64,000 nt of DNA from Planctomycetota bacterium (GCA_026991575.1 JALXBF010000014.1:11467-75466), one strand, 5' to 3'; counted from the first letter of the stretch, positions 10,032 to 20,973 are shown. The notes: a model not told the origin generated them from the letters alone. Translations and numbers: made by a program.

Positions 10032-11687
10032 ATGGCGCTAGATCAGGATCGCAACGGGCACTGGCGACTTCTCTGGCTGGCCGCTGCGCTGGCCGTGCTG
10101 GTCGCGGCCCCGGCGCGGGCATCCGAACCAGGACTGCACGTACGGGAGCTGGCCGCGCTCCTGCTCCAGCAAGCCCAGCAAGGCACGGCCACAGACGACC
10201 AGAAAGCGGCGGATCAGCCCAAGCAGCCTGCCGATTCCTCGACCGACCAACAGCAGCAGGCCGACCAACAGTCGGGCGAGCGGGCCGAGGCCGAAGACGA
10301 TGAGGACGATGAAGAAGAACTGGATCCCATTGCCAAGCAAGGCATCCCAAAAGAGCCTTTACCTTCTTTTCGTCTTTTGGAGGCCGCGCCGCCGCTGGTG
10401 ACCGAACGGCCGAAGTTGGACGAGATGCGGCAGGTGCAGCTCATCCTGCGCCGCGGCCCGAACAACGACACTGAACGGCAGCTGCTGCGCAAGGTCGTCA
10501 GCTACCAGGTACTGCGGCTTAGTGAACCGCGGGAGTTCTCGCGGCAGCGCCGCAACCTGGAAGACATCGGCCGCATGCTCCAGCTCGCACGGCGCAACCC
10601 GAACACCTATGCCATCGTGCGCGACACGATCATTGAGTGTACTGCCAAGATGTTCCAGCACCATATCGTCTCCAGGGTCGCTGCTGGCATCGTACTTGGC
10701 ATGCTCGCCGACGAAGCTGCCCTGCCGTTGTTGGTCGAACAGCTCAACGATCCGAAGCAACACGAGTCGGTAAAGATCTGGTGCATCAAAGCGGTACGGA
10801 CCATCGCACTGGCCCAACCGGAGCTGAGGATCCGCAATAAGCAGTACGAAGAAGCGGTGCTCCGCGCGTTGCTGGCCATTCTGCGTCAGGAGCCTGCTCC
10901 GCACCTCTGGACTCAGCGTGAAATCATTCTGGCTCTAGGCGCCATCGGACGCCCGACCGAGGATCTGCTTGCTGGCGATGCGAACGTCGCCCGCGAGCTG
11001 GTGCTTATGCTCCGCGGCACGGGGCTGCGATCACGCGAAGGAACCGTGCCGGAAGGGCCGGGCCGTGCCGTTCGAGTGGCCGCAACCCGGTCGCTATCCA
11101 TGCTCATCATCCCCCCGACGCTGGACTACAACTTCCAGATTGTCGGCGCGGAAATCGCTCGTTTTGCGGTCGAGGCCACCTATGCCGCACTTCGCGACCC
11201 GCTCATCGATCGCCTCAAGAGCGACCTGTATGTCCGCCGCTGCTACTACGCGCTGGTGGTGTTGGCCGGTGATCCGCAGGCGACGACCACGGCGGCGCGC
11301 GAGGGGCTGGTTGCCCGTCATCCGCTGGCCACTCAGCGGTCCGACCCGCAGTACCTGCGGCAGTTGCGCGACATGGTCGGCGAGCTGAACCAGGCAATGC
11401 TCAGGGTCTATCGGCCATCCCCCGCCGAGGTGAACCCGAAGGACATACCTAAGGAACTGGTAAAGCGGGCAGCCTGGGTGCGAAACCGGCTGAAGGAGCT
11501 CCAGGTCGAAGCGATTGCCACGAGACTGGCACGCTTCCTGGAGCAAAACCCGCCGCGTGATGATGGCAAGCTGACGCCGGCCACCGCCCCCCTGCCCCCT
11601 CCCCCGCAGCTGAAACCGCCCACGGCCGAAGCGGTAGCAAGCGAGACCGACGACAAAGGGACTACGGACGGAGTGTCGAACCCGTAG
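10032..11687 (+). CDS. hypothetical secreted protein with an acidic/Gln-rich low-complexity linker and a HEAT/ARM-like helical repeat region
   Basis: ATG at 10032 with a GAGGTGGG Shine-Dalgarno upstream. Signal peptide (LLWLAAALAVLVAAPARA). D/E/Q-rich stretch, then repetitive helical segments. No recognisable catalytic motif. Confidence 0.5.
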   Translation: MALDQDRNGHWRLLWLAAALAVLVAAPARASEPGLHVRELAALLLQQAQQGTATDDQKAADQPKQPADSSTDQQQQADQQSGERAEAEDDEDDEEELDPIAKQGIPKEPLPSFRLLEAAPPLVTERPKLDEMRQVQLILRRGPNNDTERQLLRKVVSYQVLRLSEPREFSRQRRNLEDIGRMLQLARRNPNTYAIVRDTIIECTAKMFQHHIVSRVAAGIVLGMLADEAALPLLVEQLNDPKQHESVKIWCIKAVRTIALAQPELRIRNKQYEEAVLRALLAILRQEPAPHLWTQREIILALGAIGRPTEDLLAGDANVARELVLMLRGTGLRSREGTVPEGPGRAVRVAATRSLSMLIIPPTLDYNFQIVGAEIARFAVEATYAALRDPLIDRLKSDLYVRRCYYALVVLAGDPQATTTAAREGLVARHPLATQRSDPQYLRQLRDMVGELNQAMLRVYRPSPAEVNPKDIPKELVKRAAWVRNRLKELQVEAIATRLARFLEQNPPRDDGKLTPATAPLPPPPQLKPPTAEAVASETDDKGTTDGVSNP

Positions 11688-11693
11688 GACACC

Positions 11694-12347
11694 ATGAGCA
11701 AACCGCGGCCGGATCGCTCGGCGCTGGACGACGAGCTGTTGATGGCATCCGTCGAGGACGACGCGGTGCGTTTGCTCTTGGGCCGCTATGACGTACCCGC
11801 GTACGTGCGTCGCGGTCTTCGAGTCGAAGCGGCCATACGGGATTTCTTCGCGGATGCCACCCGGCTCTATCGCGAACTGCTCGAGCCTGTCCTCGCCTGT
11901 GCCCGAGCCCTCGCCCGCCAGCTGCCTGGGCCCGATGCCCTGGCATGTCACTTTCCCGAGCCAGGAGAACAGCATTTGATCCAGTCGCTTTACAGGACCC
12001 TCCTGCCCACCGCTCCGTGGCGCGGGTCCTCGGCCACGCACGCCCACCGCAGCGCGCACGCGGCGGCCGAACGGCTGAGAGCTGCTCTGGTACGTTTCAA
12101 CCGTCGGTGGCAGGCCCAAGTCGCTGAACTGGACTACGCGGCGGTGAACCGGGAAATCGACGGGTACAACCGGTACTACCTGATCGAGAAGGAGTGTGCG
12201 CTGCGGTCACGTAAGCTGGCGGCGCGCGGTTTTCGCCCACTGGAGCGGATCACGCCGGCAACCGTGCTTGAGCGGCTACCGATCCTGGAACCGGGTACGG
12301 CGGTCCCCGAAGACCTGGCTGAAAGCGACCGTTCTACGGGCCAGTGA
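11694..12347 (+). CDS. hypothetical protein, likely co-transcribed with the upstream gene
   Basis: 217 aa, beginning 7 bp after the upstream stop on the same strand. No family recognised. A larger antisense ORF (11094..12119) overlaps it and is judged spurious. Confidence 0.4.
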   Translation: MSKPRPDRSALDDELLMASVEDDAVRLLLGRYDVPAYVRRGLRVEAAIRDFFADATRLYRELLEPVLACARALARQLPGPDALACHFPEPGEQHLIQSLYRTLLPTAPWRGSSATHAHRSAHAAAERLRAALVRFNRRWQAQVAELDYAAVNREIDGYNRYYLIEKECALRSRKLAARGFRPLERITPATVLERLPILEPGTAVPEDLAESDRSTGQ

Positions 12348-12517
12348 ACAACGCCACCGGTGTGGGGCAAGCTCATGATCGGGCTAGCGCCCTGCCCTGT
12401 CCGGCAGCGAGTCACGGGTCGTGAAGATTTGGTCAGCCTGAGCGGGTGTCGCGGTCGTAGAAAGAAATAGAGGTGCCTGCCCAGGCCGAAGCAGCTAGCC
12501 GCTGAGGGGAGCGTCTG

Positions 12518-13573
12518 ATGACCGCTGAACGTGACTTGCTGCAGAGGGTTCTCCGGGAATACTCGCCGATCTATGAGTTGCGGGACGCGGTACTGCTGGG
12601 CAACGCCGGCGGCTTCAGCGGGGCGTGCCTGTGGCGGGTGACGACCGCAGCGGGAGTGTTTGCGTTGCGTCGCTGGCCGCGGGGAACGATCACTGCCGAC
12701 CAGCTACGGCAGTTACACGGCGTGCTGGAGAAGGTCGTGCTGGAGGGCATCAACTACGTGCCCCTGCCGGCGCGTACCGCAGACGGTCGTACGTTCGTTG
12801 AGGCCGAAGGGCATCTCTGGCAGCTGGAACCATGGCTGCCCGGCCAGGCCGACTTCTGGCAGCATCCCACGGCGGGCAAGCTCCAGGCTGCCATGCAGGC
12901 GCTGGCGCGCTTCCATCTGACGGCGTCGCTTGTCGGTGAAATGGCCGGCTTTGGCGTTAGTCCGGCGTTCGAGGCGCGCCAGCGTGAGTTGCGAGCGATG
13001 TTGGGGCCGGAGCTTGAGCGGCTCGAGCGGGCGGTCCCGGCAGGCCACTGGCCTGAGATGGACGAACTGGCCGATCAGCTCCTGGCACGCGTGCGACGCG
13101 TGCGAATCTGGGCTCAACAGCTGCTGGACTGCCGGCTGCCGCAGGTGCCGCTGCAACCGGTCATTCGCGATGTCTGGCACGACCATGTCCTGTTCGAAGG
13201 CGAGCGTGTGACAGGCCTGGTCGATTTCGGCTGCCTCGGTATTGACAGCGTGGCGGTTGACATCGGGCGGTTGGCAGGGAGTCTGATCGGTGAGAACCAG
13301 GCGCGCTGGCGTGAAGCGCTGGCGTATTATGAAAAGGTCCGACCGCTTTCGCCCGCAGAGCGCTGGCTGGCCGCGTGGGGCCGTGTCACCGGCACGATCG
13401 GTGGCGGGCTGGTCTGGCTAAAGCGTCATTACCTCAAAGGAGCCACCTGGGATCGACGCCCCGGTATCCTCCAGCGGCTCCGTCACTTCATCGAACGGCT
13501 AGACCAGCTCCGTGCCAGCGGCTTGACGTCACGGCCGGGCGGAGCGTTGGACGCCCGGCCCAACGTGGCCTGA
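12518..13573 (+). CDS. phosphotransferase (APH/choline-kinase-like kinase) family protein
   Basis: 351 aa. Brenner-type motif region (VWHDHVLFEG..GLVDFG) and the overall pattern of the aminoglycoside/homoserine-kinase-II-type phosphotransferase family. Confidence 0.6.
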   Translation: MTAERDLLQRVLREYSPIYELRDAVLLGNAGGFSGACLWRVTTAAGVFALRRWPRGTITADQLRQLHGVLEKVVLEGINYVPLPARTADGRTFVEAEGHLWQLEPWLPGQADFWQHPTAGKLQAAMQALARFHLTASLVGEMAGFGVSPAFEARQRELRAMLGPELERLERAVPAGHWPEMDELADQLLARVRRVRIWAQQLLDCRLPQVPLQPVIRDVWHDHVLFEGERVTGLVDFGCLGIDSVAVDIGRLAGSLIGENQARWREALAYYEKVRPLSPAERWLAAWGRVTGTIGGGLVWLKRHYLKGATWDRRPGILQRLRHFIERLDQLRASGLTSRPGGALDARPNVA

Positions 13574-13630
13574 TGCCGCAGCGGCCGGAGTGTGCCCGCA
13601 GAGGTGTTCCGGTAGCAGAGGTGCTCCCCC

Positions 13631-14596
13631 GTGCAATCCCCCTACGGTGAGCTGAAGGTCTTTGCAGGCAGCGCCAACCGCCAGTTCGCGCGCAAGGTTG
13701 TGGAGTGCCTGGGTACGAAGCTGGGTGAGGGCGAGGCGGTCATCTACCCGGAAGGCAACACCTTCGTACGCATTCTTGAGAACGTACGCGGCCGGGACGT
13801 GTACATCATCCAGGGCGTCTCCTACCCGGTCAACGATAACCTGGTTGAACTACTCTTTTGGCTGGACGCCTTCAAACTTGCGTCCGCCGCTCAGGTCACG
13901 GCAGTGATCCCGTTTTTCAGCTACGCCAAGGGTGACAAGAAAGACGAACCGCGTGTCTCGATCCGGGCACGCGTCTGTGCCGACTGCATCGAAGCAGCCG
14001 GTGCCGATCGCGTGCTGACCATGGACCTGCACAGTCCTCAGATTCAGGGATTCTTCCGTCGCCCTGTCGATCATCTCTACGCCATGCCGATCATTTGCGA
14101 CTACATCCGCTCCAAGCAGATCCCTGACCTCGTGGTCGCCTCCCCGGACGTCGGCTTTGGGAAACAGGCGGTCAAGTACGCGGAGCTCCTCGGGGCCCCG
14201 GTGGCCATCGGCAGCAAGGAGCGAACCTCGGAGGCGAACGTACGGATCTGGACCGTCATTGGTGACGTTAAGGACAAGAACGTGCTCATCGTCGATGACA
14301 TCGCGTTCACGGGTAAGAGCCTCATCGAAATGGCTCGTGCCGTGCTGGAGAAGGGCGCGCGCGAGGTGTACGCGGCCGTCACGCACGGTGTGCTTACCCC
14401 CGGCGCCGCCGAGGCGCTTGCCAACAGCCCGATCCGTGAACTGGTAATCACCGACACGGTCGAGTACCGCTTCGAGCCGCTGCCGCCGAACGTGACGGTC
14501 GTCTCGGTCGCCCCCCTGTTTGCCGAAGCGATCCGATCAATCCACGAGCGTACCAGTATCAGTCGATTGTTCCCCGCGCGGATCACTCGTGCGTAA
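13631..14596 (+). CDS. prs: ribose-phosphate pyrophosphokinase (PRPP synthetase)
   Basis: Conserved Prs blocks (KVFAGSAN..LA.KV, DVYIIQ, PRPP-binding loop VLIVDDIAFTGKSL). GTG start. Confidence 0.85.
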   Translation: MQSPYGELKVFAGSANRQFARKVVECLGTKLGEGEAVIYPEGNTFVRILENVRGRDVYIIQGVSYPVNDNLVELLFWLDAFKLASAAQVTAVIPFFSYAKGDKKDEPRVSIRARVCADCIEAAGADRVLTMDLHSPQIQGFFRRPVDHLYAMPIICDYIRSKQIPDLVVASPDVGFGKQAVKYAELLGAPVAIGSKERTSEANVRIWTVIGDVKDKNVLIVDDIAFTGKSLIEMARAVLEKGAREVYAAVTHGVLTPGAAEALANSPIRELVITDTVEYRFEPLPPNVTVVSVAPLFAEAIRSIHERTSISRLFPARITRA

Positions 14597-14611
14597 CGTT
14601 GAGCATGCCGC

Positions 14612-15997
14612 ATGGTCGTCCTGATCCTGCTGGTCGGCCTAGCCTGCGTCCTGGGCGGGATCCTCTGGCTCCGCTTGCATCCATTCCTCGCCCTGGTACT
14701 GGCCGCGGTCGCAGTTGAACTGCTCAACGACGCACTGCTTGGCAGAGCTCACGAGCTTCCTGCGGCAGCTCGTGTAACCGAGGCTTTTGGCGCCACTGCC
14801 GGCCGGCTCGCGCTTCTGATCGCGATGGCCTCGCTCATCGGACGCTGTCTCCTGAAGAGCGGGGGGGCGGACCGAATCGTACGCCGCGTCGTGCGGCTCG
14901 TCGGTCCAAGGCGTGTGCCGCTGGCACTGATGAGCAGCAGCTTTCTGCTGGGCATCCCCGTCTTCTTCGACACCGTCTTCTACCTCATGATCCCGCTGGC
15001 CAAGGCGCTCCGCATCCGGACTGGCCGCCATTACCTGCTGTACGTCCTCGCGCTCACCGCCGGCGCAACCATGGCCCACTCGCTGGTCCCGCCCACCCCT
15101 GGCCCGCTGTTCGCCGCTGAGGAGCTGGGCATCGAGCTGGGCAAGATGATGCTCGTCGGCGCGGTCATCGGCCTGGCGACGCTGCCGCCCGGCTACCTCT
15201 ACGCCCGCTGGGCAAACGCGCGCTGGGACCTACCGCTGCGCGACACACCGGAGCTGAGCCTGGCTGAGCTCGATGAGCTGGCCAACCGCAAGGAGGAAAC
15301 GCTTCCGCGGCTGATCCCGTCGCTGCTGCCCGTGCTGTTGCCCGTGGTGCTTATCGGGGGGGCCACGCTGTGGCCGCTGGTCAGCGGTACCGACCAGGCA
15401 CCCGGCCCGATCGCTGGGGTGATTGCCGCATTGGGTGAAAAGAACACGGCGCTGCTGATCGCTGCCGGCTGCGCCGTGCTGCTCTACGTTCGATCGGTTC
15501 GCCCCGGTGCAGCGCAGCTGGGCCGAGACCTGAACCCCGCCCTGACCGGAGCCGCGGCCATCATCATGATCACTGCCGCAGGCGGCGCTTTCGGCACGGC
15601 GCTGAGGGCAACGGGGATCGGTGAGTTGATTGGCGATCTGGTGGCAGGGTACCAGACCGCCCTGTTACCTCTGGCCTTTCTCGTCACGGCCGCCGTGCGT
15701 ACTGCTCAGGGCAGCGCCACCGTGGCCATGATCACCGCCGTAGGCCTGCTGAAACCGATCGTTGCTGCTGCCGAGCTGTCCTACGACCCGGTCTACCTGG
15801 CGGTCGCCGTCGGCTGCGGCAGCAAGCCGCTGGCCTGGATGAACGACAGCGGTTTCTGGGTGATCTGTCGCATGAGCGGACTGACGGAGGCAGAGACCCT
15901 GCGCGCCGTGACCCCCATGACCGCGCTGATGGGGATCACGGGCCTGGCCTGTACGATGGCGGCTGCCGTGCTGGTGCCCTGGCCCCTGGGCCGCTAG
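14612..15997 (+). CDS. GntP-family permease (gluconate/organic-acid:H+ symporter family)
   Basis: 461 aa, polytopic, with a GntP-like LVPPTPGP segment and the characteristic two-domain hydrophobic layout. It begins 15 bp after prs. Confidence 0.65.
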   Translation: MVVLILLVGLACVLGGILWLRLHPFLALVLAAVAVELLNDALLGRAHELPAAARVTEAFGATAGRLALLIAMASLIGRCLLKSGGADRIVRRVVRLVGPRRVPLALMSSSFLLGIPVFFDTVFYLMIPLAKALRIRTGRHYLLYVLALTAGATMAHSLVPPTPGPLFAAEELGIELGKMMLVGAVIGLATLPPGYLYARWANARWDLPLRDTPELSLAELDELANRKEETLPRLIPSLLPVLLPVVLIGGATLWPLVSGTDQAPGPIAGVIAALGEKNTALLIAAGCAVLLYVRSVRPGAAQLGRDLNPALTGAAAIIMITAAGGAFGTALRATGIGELIGDLVAGYQTALLPLAFLVTAAVRTAQGSATVAMITAVGLLKPIVAAAELSYDPVYLAVAVGCGSKPLAWMNDSGFWVICRMSGLTEAETLRAVTPMTALMGITGLACTMAAAVLVPWPLGR

Positions 15998-18900
15998 GTC
16001 AGCAGCAGTTCGAGATCCTCGGCGGTCAGGTTCTTCAGGAAGCTGTTTTCGCTCGTGATGATCGACGCAGCCAGGTCCTTCTTCCAACTCTGAAGCTGCA
16101 GGATTTTCTCCTCGACCGTGTTCTTCGAGATCAGCTTGTAAGCGAACACCTTGCGGGTCTGTCCAATGCGGTGAGCCCGGTCGATTGCCTGTGCCTCAAC
16201 CGCCGGGTTCCACCACGGGTCGACCAGAAAGACGTACTCGGCAGCGGTCAGGTTTAGCCCGACGCCACCGGCTTTGAGGCTGATCAAGAAGATCTTGCAG
16301 TCTTCGTCGGTCTGGAACCGCTCGACCCGAGCCTGCCGGTCGCGTGTCTGGCCATCCAGGTACTCGTACACCAGGCCGCGTTGGTCAAGCCGCTCGCGGA
16401 TCAGGCCCAACAGCGACGTGAACTGCGAGAAGACCAGCGCCTTGTGTCCTTCCTGACAGACGGCGTCGAGCTGCTCGAGGAGTAGCTCGAGTTTGCCGCC
16501 GTCGCAGTCGCGGTACTTTTCGCTGATCAAACCCGGATGGCAGGCAGCCTGCCGCAAGCGCAACAGGGCCTCCAGCACGTGCATGGTCGAGCGGGCAATG
16601 CCCTGTTCGCGGATGCGGCCCAGCAGGGTAGCGCGGTAGTGTTCGCGGAGCTCGTCGTAGAGGCGCTGCTGCTCGGCGGACATCTCGCAGACGACCGTCT
16701 GCTCGACCCGTTCCGGGAGGTCTTTGGCCACCTGCTGTTTGGTGCGTCGCAGAATGAACGGTCTCAATGCCCGAGCAAGCACCTTGCGCGAATCCTCGTC
16801 GATGACTTTGCCCGGACCGACCCGATCGCGGAAGACTCGCGCGCTGCCGAGCATGCCCGGGTTCAGGAACTCGAAGAGGCTCCACAGTTCGCCGAGGTGG
16901 TTTTCGATCGGCGTGCCGCTGAGGGCCAGGCGGTACGTGCCCTGCAGGAGCCGCACCGCCTTGGAAGTCTCGCTGTGCGCGTTCTTGATGGCCTGGGCCT
17001 CGTCAAGGACGATGTAATCGAACTTGTAGTCTTTCAGCATCACGATGTCGCGACGCAATGTACCGTACGTTGTGAGGATGACGTCGTACTGGTTGAAGCA
17101 GTCCGTGCTCCGCGCGCGGTCGACGCCAGTCTGGTCCAGCACGCGCATCTGAGGTGCGAACCGGGCAATTTCCGCCTTCCAGTTGAACACCAGCGAACGG
17201 GGCACGACGACCAACGACGGAGGCACCGCGGCAGGCTGCTCCTCCGACCGCTGACGCTTCCTCTTCGTGCTCTTGCGGCCGCCTTTCTTCGAAGACTGAT
17301 TGGTCGCCGAAGCGTGTCGCATCAGCCGGCGTTCTTCTAGCAAAGCGATCACCTGAACGGTCTTGCCCAGGCCCATGTCATCAGCCAGGCAACCGCCGAA
17401 GCCAAACTGCTGCAGGAAGTGGAACCAGCCAAGGCCGTCTCGCTGGTACTGACGCAACGAGCCGCGGAACGATGGCGGCGGATCAGCCGGCTTGACCCCA
17501 TCAAAGTGCTTCAGCCTGTCGCGCAGCCGGGTGAACTCCTCGTCGACCTTCACGTCCGGCCGGGCGGCGAGCAGCGCATCGAGTAGCCCCACCTGAGAGC
17601 GGTGGTAGCAGACGGTCTTGTCCTTGGTGGTCGCAACGGCTGCAAGCAACGCGAACTGCTCGCGCCACTCCTGCGGAATGTACGCCCGGCTGCCGTCCTT
17701 GAGGGCGATGGTCTCCTGGCTCCGTCTGAGCGCGGCAAGCAGCTCCGGGATGCTGACCGTCTGGTCGCCAAACCGCACCTCGCCCCGCAACTCGAACCAG
17801 TCGATGTTTGAGTGGATCTCGAAGCGGATCGAGCCGTTGGTGCGTACGCGGCGACCGGCCAGCTCCACGTACCAGCCCTCCTTGAGCATGCGTCGAATGG
17901 CACGCTGTACCAGCTTGGGACTGATCTGGTACCGTTCCGTTTCGGCGGGGCCACGGATTGAGCTGAGCGCATAGCCCTGGCGAAAGCCCATCGCATTGAG
18001 CTGAGTCTTGATCTGCTGCTCGAATTGCCAGTCGCGTGGCATGTACGCGCGGGCGTCCAGGTCGGCAACGTACGGCCGCTTGTCCAGCGCACCGACCGGA
18101 ACACCGCCATAGTCAAATGCCAGGAGGGCATGGGCGCGAGCGCGGCCCTCGGCATTCTTGCCAGTACGAGTTTGGATCCGAACGATCGGCGTCGGCTTGA
18201 CGCGTTTCTCCTTCAGTTTGAGCTCACGGGGCCACTTCAGGCGCGGCAGAGCTGGCATCCGGTAGATGGCCTCAACCAGCTCCTCCACCTGATCGTCCGG
18301 AACCACCAGTTCGCCGTTGCGGCGCAGCACGGCCAGCCAGGGGAAGTCGTAGCCATCGGCCAGGCGAGCCACACAGTTGCCGTAGAAGACCATGCCACCG
18401 CTCAACAACAGTAGCGGTTCGTCCAGCCGCATGCGGCGCGACCGTCGTTTCAGGTAACCGCGCAGAACCCAGGCATCCCCGCGCTCGGCCCGCACAAGCT
18501 GGAACTCTGGCTCCCAGTCCGGACCTTCGTCCCAGCAAAGCGGCTCCAGCTCCCCGTCCGCTGTCTTGCGCACGAAGCAGCGGTCGGTGCGTGCCACCAG
18601 CGGCACGAGCACGTCGCGGAGCCCGGGCTCGAGCAGGAACTGGGAGCGGGCATCGTTGAAGTTGTCCGGAACGAACACCAGCTCCGACTGAGGCCCTGCT
18701 AGGCACTGCAGGATCCAGGAGTCCGGGGGACAGTGCATACCGTCGGCCAGGAGCCGTGCTGGACTCCGCGGCACAGCCGCCCCCCAGCTGCCATCGGGTC
18801 GTCGCCGCCGCTCCAGCACCTGCAGCACCAGGTGCTCGTTGCGGAACGTGGCCGGTATGTCGAAGACGTACCAGATTTCGTACACCGGCCGCTGCGACGG

Positions 18901-19446
18901 TGGCAGTTGCCCGGCGAGCTGATCAGCCATGGCCCCGATCTGCTCGACTAGATCGCGCCAGGCACCGGTCTGGTTCTCCCGCCTCAGCCGCCGCCGCTTC
19001 AGACCAGGATCCTCCATCGGATCGCGGCCGTTGCCGGGAGCGTTCACCCGCTGGGCGTCCCAAGCCACCGACCGCCACTGCGTATCCCAGACCAGCGCGC
19101 AGTTGCCCGGCAGCGCAGGCCCGTTCAGGTAGCCTTCTGCCTCAGCGGCCAGCAACACGGCCCAGACGTGCTTGCACGCCGTTCCCTCCGCTTCGAAGTG
19201 GTCGCAGGTACAGCCGACGACGAGCCGCCCCTCGGCCAACCTGAGCCGCACCCGCTGTTCCGGATCGTCGTAAATCGTGGCCACGACCTCTTCGGGACTG
19301 GCCGAGGTGATCACGACCCGACCCGCGCGAAACGTCAGCTGTCCCCAGTGGCGGTTACGAGCCGAGAAGTATCCGCTGATGCTTTCCGAAACAGCAGACA
19401 CGTCTGCCTCCCTGCTGTTCCACCAAACCTGGCTCAGTCTCGTCAC
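15994..19446 (-). CDS. SNF2-family helicase with an N-terminal SWIM zinc finger
   Basis: 1150 aa. SWIM CxCx10CxH (GCTCDHFEAEGTACKHVW). SNF2 motifs (LADDMGLGKTVQ, DEAQAIKN, SGTPIENHLGELWSLFEFLNP). Helicase-C motifs (QTRDRQ, DPWWNPA). Confidence 0.85.
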   Translation of the reverse strand: MTRLSQVWWNSREADVSAVSESISGYFSARNRHWGQLTFRAGRVVITSASPEEVVATIYDDPEQRVRLRLAEGRLVVGCTCDHFEAEGTACKHVWAVLLAAEAEGYLNGPALPGNCALVWDTQWRSVAWDAQRVNAPGNGRDPMEDPGLKRRRLRRENQTGAWRDLVEQIGAMADQLAGQLPPSQRPVYEIWYVFDIPATFRNEHLVLQVLERRRRPDGSWGAAVPRSPARLLADGMHCPPDSWILQCLAGPQSELVFVPDNFNDARSQFLLEPGLRDVLVPLVARTDRCFVRKTADGELEPLCWDEGPDWEPEFQLVRAERGDAWVLRGYLKRRSRRMRLDEPLLLLSGGMVFYGNCVARLADGYDFPWLAVLRRNGELVVPDDQVEELVEAIYRMPALPRLKWPRELKLKEKRVKPTPIVRIQTRTGKNAEGRARAHALLAFDYGGVPVGALDKRPYVADLDARAYMPRDWQFEQQIKTQLNAMGFRQGYALSSIRGPAETERYQISPKLVQRAIRRMLKEGWYVELAGRRVRTNGSIRFEIHSNIDWFELRGEVRFGDQTVSIPELLAALRRSQETIALKDGSRAYIPQEWREQFALLAAVATTKDKTVCYHRSQVGLLDALLAARPDVKVDEEFTRLRDRLKHFDGVKPADPPPSFRGSLRQYQRDGLGWFHFLQQFGFGGCLADDMGLGKTVQVIALLEERRLMRHASATNQSSKKGGRKSTKRKRQRSEEQPAAVPPSLVVVPRSLVFNWKAEIARFAPQMRVLDQTGVDRARSTDCFNQYDVILTTYGTLRRDIVMLKDYKFDYIVLDEAQAIKNAHSETSKAVRLLQGTYRLALSGTPIENHLGELWSLFEFLNPGMLGSARVFRDRVGPGKVIDEDSRKVLARALRPFILRRTKQQVAKDLPERVEQTVVCEMSAEQQRLYDELREHYRATLLGRIREQGIARSTMHVLEALLRLRQAACHPGLISEKYRDCDGGKLELLLEQLDAVCQEGHKALVFSQFTSLLGLIRERLDQRGLVYEYLDGQTRDRQARVERFQTDEDCKIFLISLKAGGVGLNLTAAEYVFLVDPWWNPAVEAQAIDRAHRIGQTRKVFAYKLISKNTVEEKILQLQSWKKDLAASIITSENSFLKNLTAEDLELLLT

Positions 19447-19755
19447 GCTCTGCTTCTGGCTCCGTTCGGCCAGAGCCGATCATTCTAGGCTCCATAAGAA
19501 GAACATTTTTCGCGCACGAAGGCAAGCCCTATGCCGGCTGCCGTTGTGGTCGCTGGCGATCCGGGCTGGACATCACGGCGGCAGCCCATCGGCTATGGTT
19601 GCCGCCTGTCCCGTGGCTCAGTCACCCGATGCCTCTTGCCAGATGGTCCGCTGTGTCCCCCCGAGGGCGTCGGCAGCATGGCCCTGTCACTGGCACAGGG
19701 CGGCGGTTAACATGGGGGTAAGCGTATGGTGGGAAGTGCAGCAAGAGGTAGCCTC

Positions 19756-20973
19756 ATGGAGCGCACGCGTAGAGACTTCCTGGCAGCGGCCGCGGCAACG
19801 GGCATCTATGCAAGCAGTGCCGCGTGGCGTCGAGCGTTTTTTGCCGCGAATAGCATCCCCGGCAAGAAGTTGCGGATCGCCGTCGTCGGCGGCCGTTTCG
19901 GAGCCGCTTTCTACTGGCACGAGCACCCCAACTGCGAGGTAACCGCGGTGACGGACCTGAGGCCCGAGCGGCGTGAGCGGCTGCGGCGGGTGTATCGTTG
20001 CGACAACGTGTTCGATTCGATGGAGATCATGCTCAAGGAGGCGCCGGAGCTCTTCGATGCTGTGGCAATCTTTACTGAGGCCCCGAACCACGTGCCGCAC
20101 ACGATCGCGTGCTTGAAGGCGGGCAAGCACGTGGTCTGCGCCGTACCGGCTGCCATGACGCTGGAAGAATGCGCCGCGTTGCGCGACATGGTACGGCGAA
20201 CCGGGCTAACCTACATGATGGCCGAGACCAGCTACTGGCAGCAGCACACGATCTCGGCCCGGAAGTTTTACCAAGAAGGTGCGTTTGGGCGGATCTACGC
20301 CGCCTACTCGATGTACCGCCACGCCGGGTTGGAGGCGCTGTTCTTTGAGAACGGCAAGCCCACCTGGCGGCATGGCTTCCCGCCCATGCATTACCCGACC
20401 CACTGCACCGCCCATCTGATTGGCGTCACCGGCGAACGGCTCGTCGAGGTCTACTGCGTTGGCTATGCCGAGGATGTTCCTTTCTTCCGCAACAACCCGT
20501 ACAAGAACCCGTTCCTGAATGAGACGGCACTGTTCCGGACGGACCGTGGCACGAGCTTTCAGGTGGAGGTCTGGTGGTACGGGGCGCACCGCGGCTGTGA
20601 GCGGGCGGAGTGGTACGGGACGAAGATGAGCTTCATTACGGCGACGCCCTACGGCCAGCCGCCTCTGGTCGTGCGCAGCTCCCCGTCCCAGGAGCTGGAC
20701 AGTGGCGGCTTTGTCCGCGCTGCGCCGCAGGTGACGCGATATAAGCAGCCGCACTGGTGGGCCACGGACATGCTGCCAGAACCGCTGCGGCACGACAGCG
20801 GGCACCATGGGTCGCACACGTTCATCACGCACGAATTCGTGGACGCGGTGCTTCGAGGCCGTAAGCCCGCGGTCGATGTGCACGAGGCACTCGCGTACAC
20901 GGCTCCGGGCATCGTGGCACACCAGTCGGCCCTTCGAGACGGCGAGCTGCTGAAGATCCCGAGCTTCGATTGA
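19756..20973 (+). CDS. Gfo/Idh/MocA-family oxidoreductase with a Tat signal
   Basis: Twin-arginine motif RRDFLAAAAATG right after the ATG at 19756. Rossmann segment (LRIAVVGG), then the Gfo/Idh/MocA pattern (EKP..T..EC). Confidence 0.8.
   Translation: MERTRRDFLAAAAATGIYASSAAWRRAFFAANSIPGKKLRIAVVGGRFGAAFYWHEHPNCEVTAVTDLRPERRERLRRVYRCDNVFDSMEIMLKEAPELFDAVAIFTEAPNHVPHTIACLKAGKHVVCAVPAAMTLEECAALRDMVRRTGLTYMMAETSYWQQHTISARKFYQEGAFGRIYAAYSMYRHAGLEALFFENGKPTWRHGFPPMHYPTHCTAHLIGVTGERLVEVYCVGYAEDVPFFRNNPYKNPFLNETALFRTDRGTSFQVEVWWYGAHRGCERAEWYGTKMSFITATPYGQPPLVVRSSPSQELDSGGFVRAAPQVTRYKQPHWWATDMLPEPLRHDSGHHGSHTFITHEFVDAVLRGRKPAVDVHEALAYTAPGIVAHQSALRDGELLKIPSFD

Noticed and set aside
11094-12119. 341-aa minus-strand ORF
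   Set aside because: It lies antisense across two well-supported plus-strand genes. It is Arg/Gly/Pro-rich with no motifs, typical of spurious ORFs on the opposite strand of high-GC coding DNA.
16537-17340. 267-aa plus-strand ORF
   Set aside because: Antisense within the SNF2 helicase gene, which has unmistakable helicase motifs on the minus strand.
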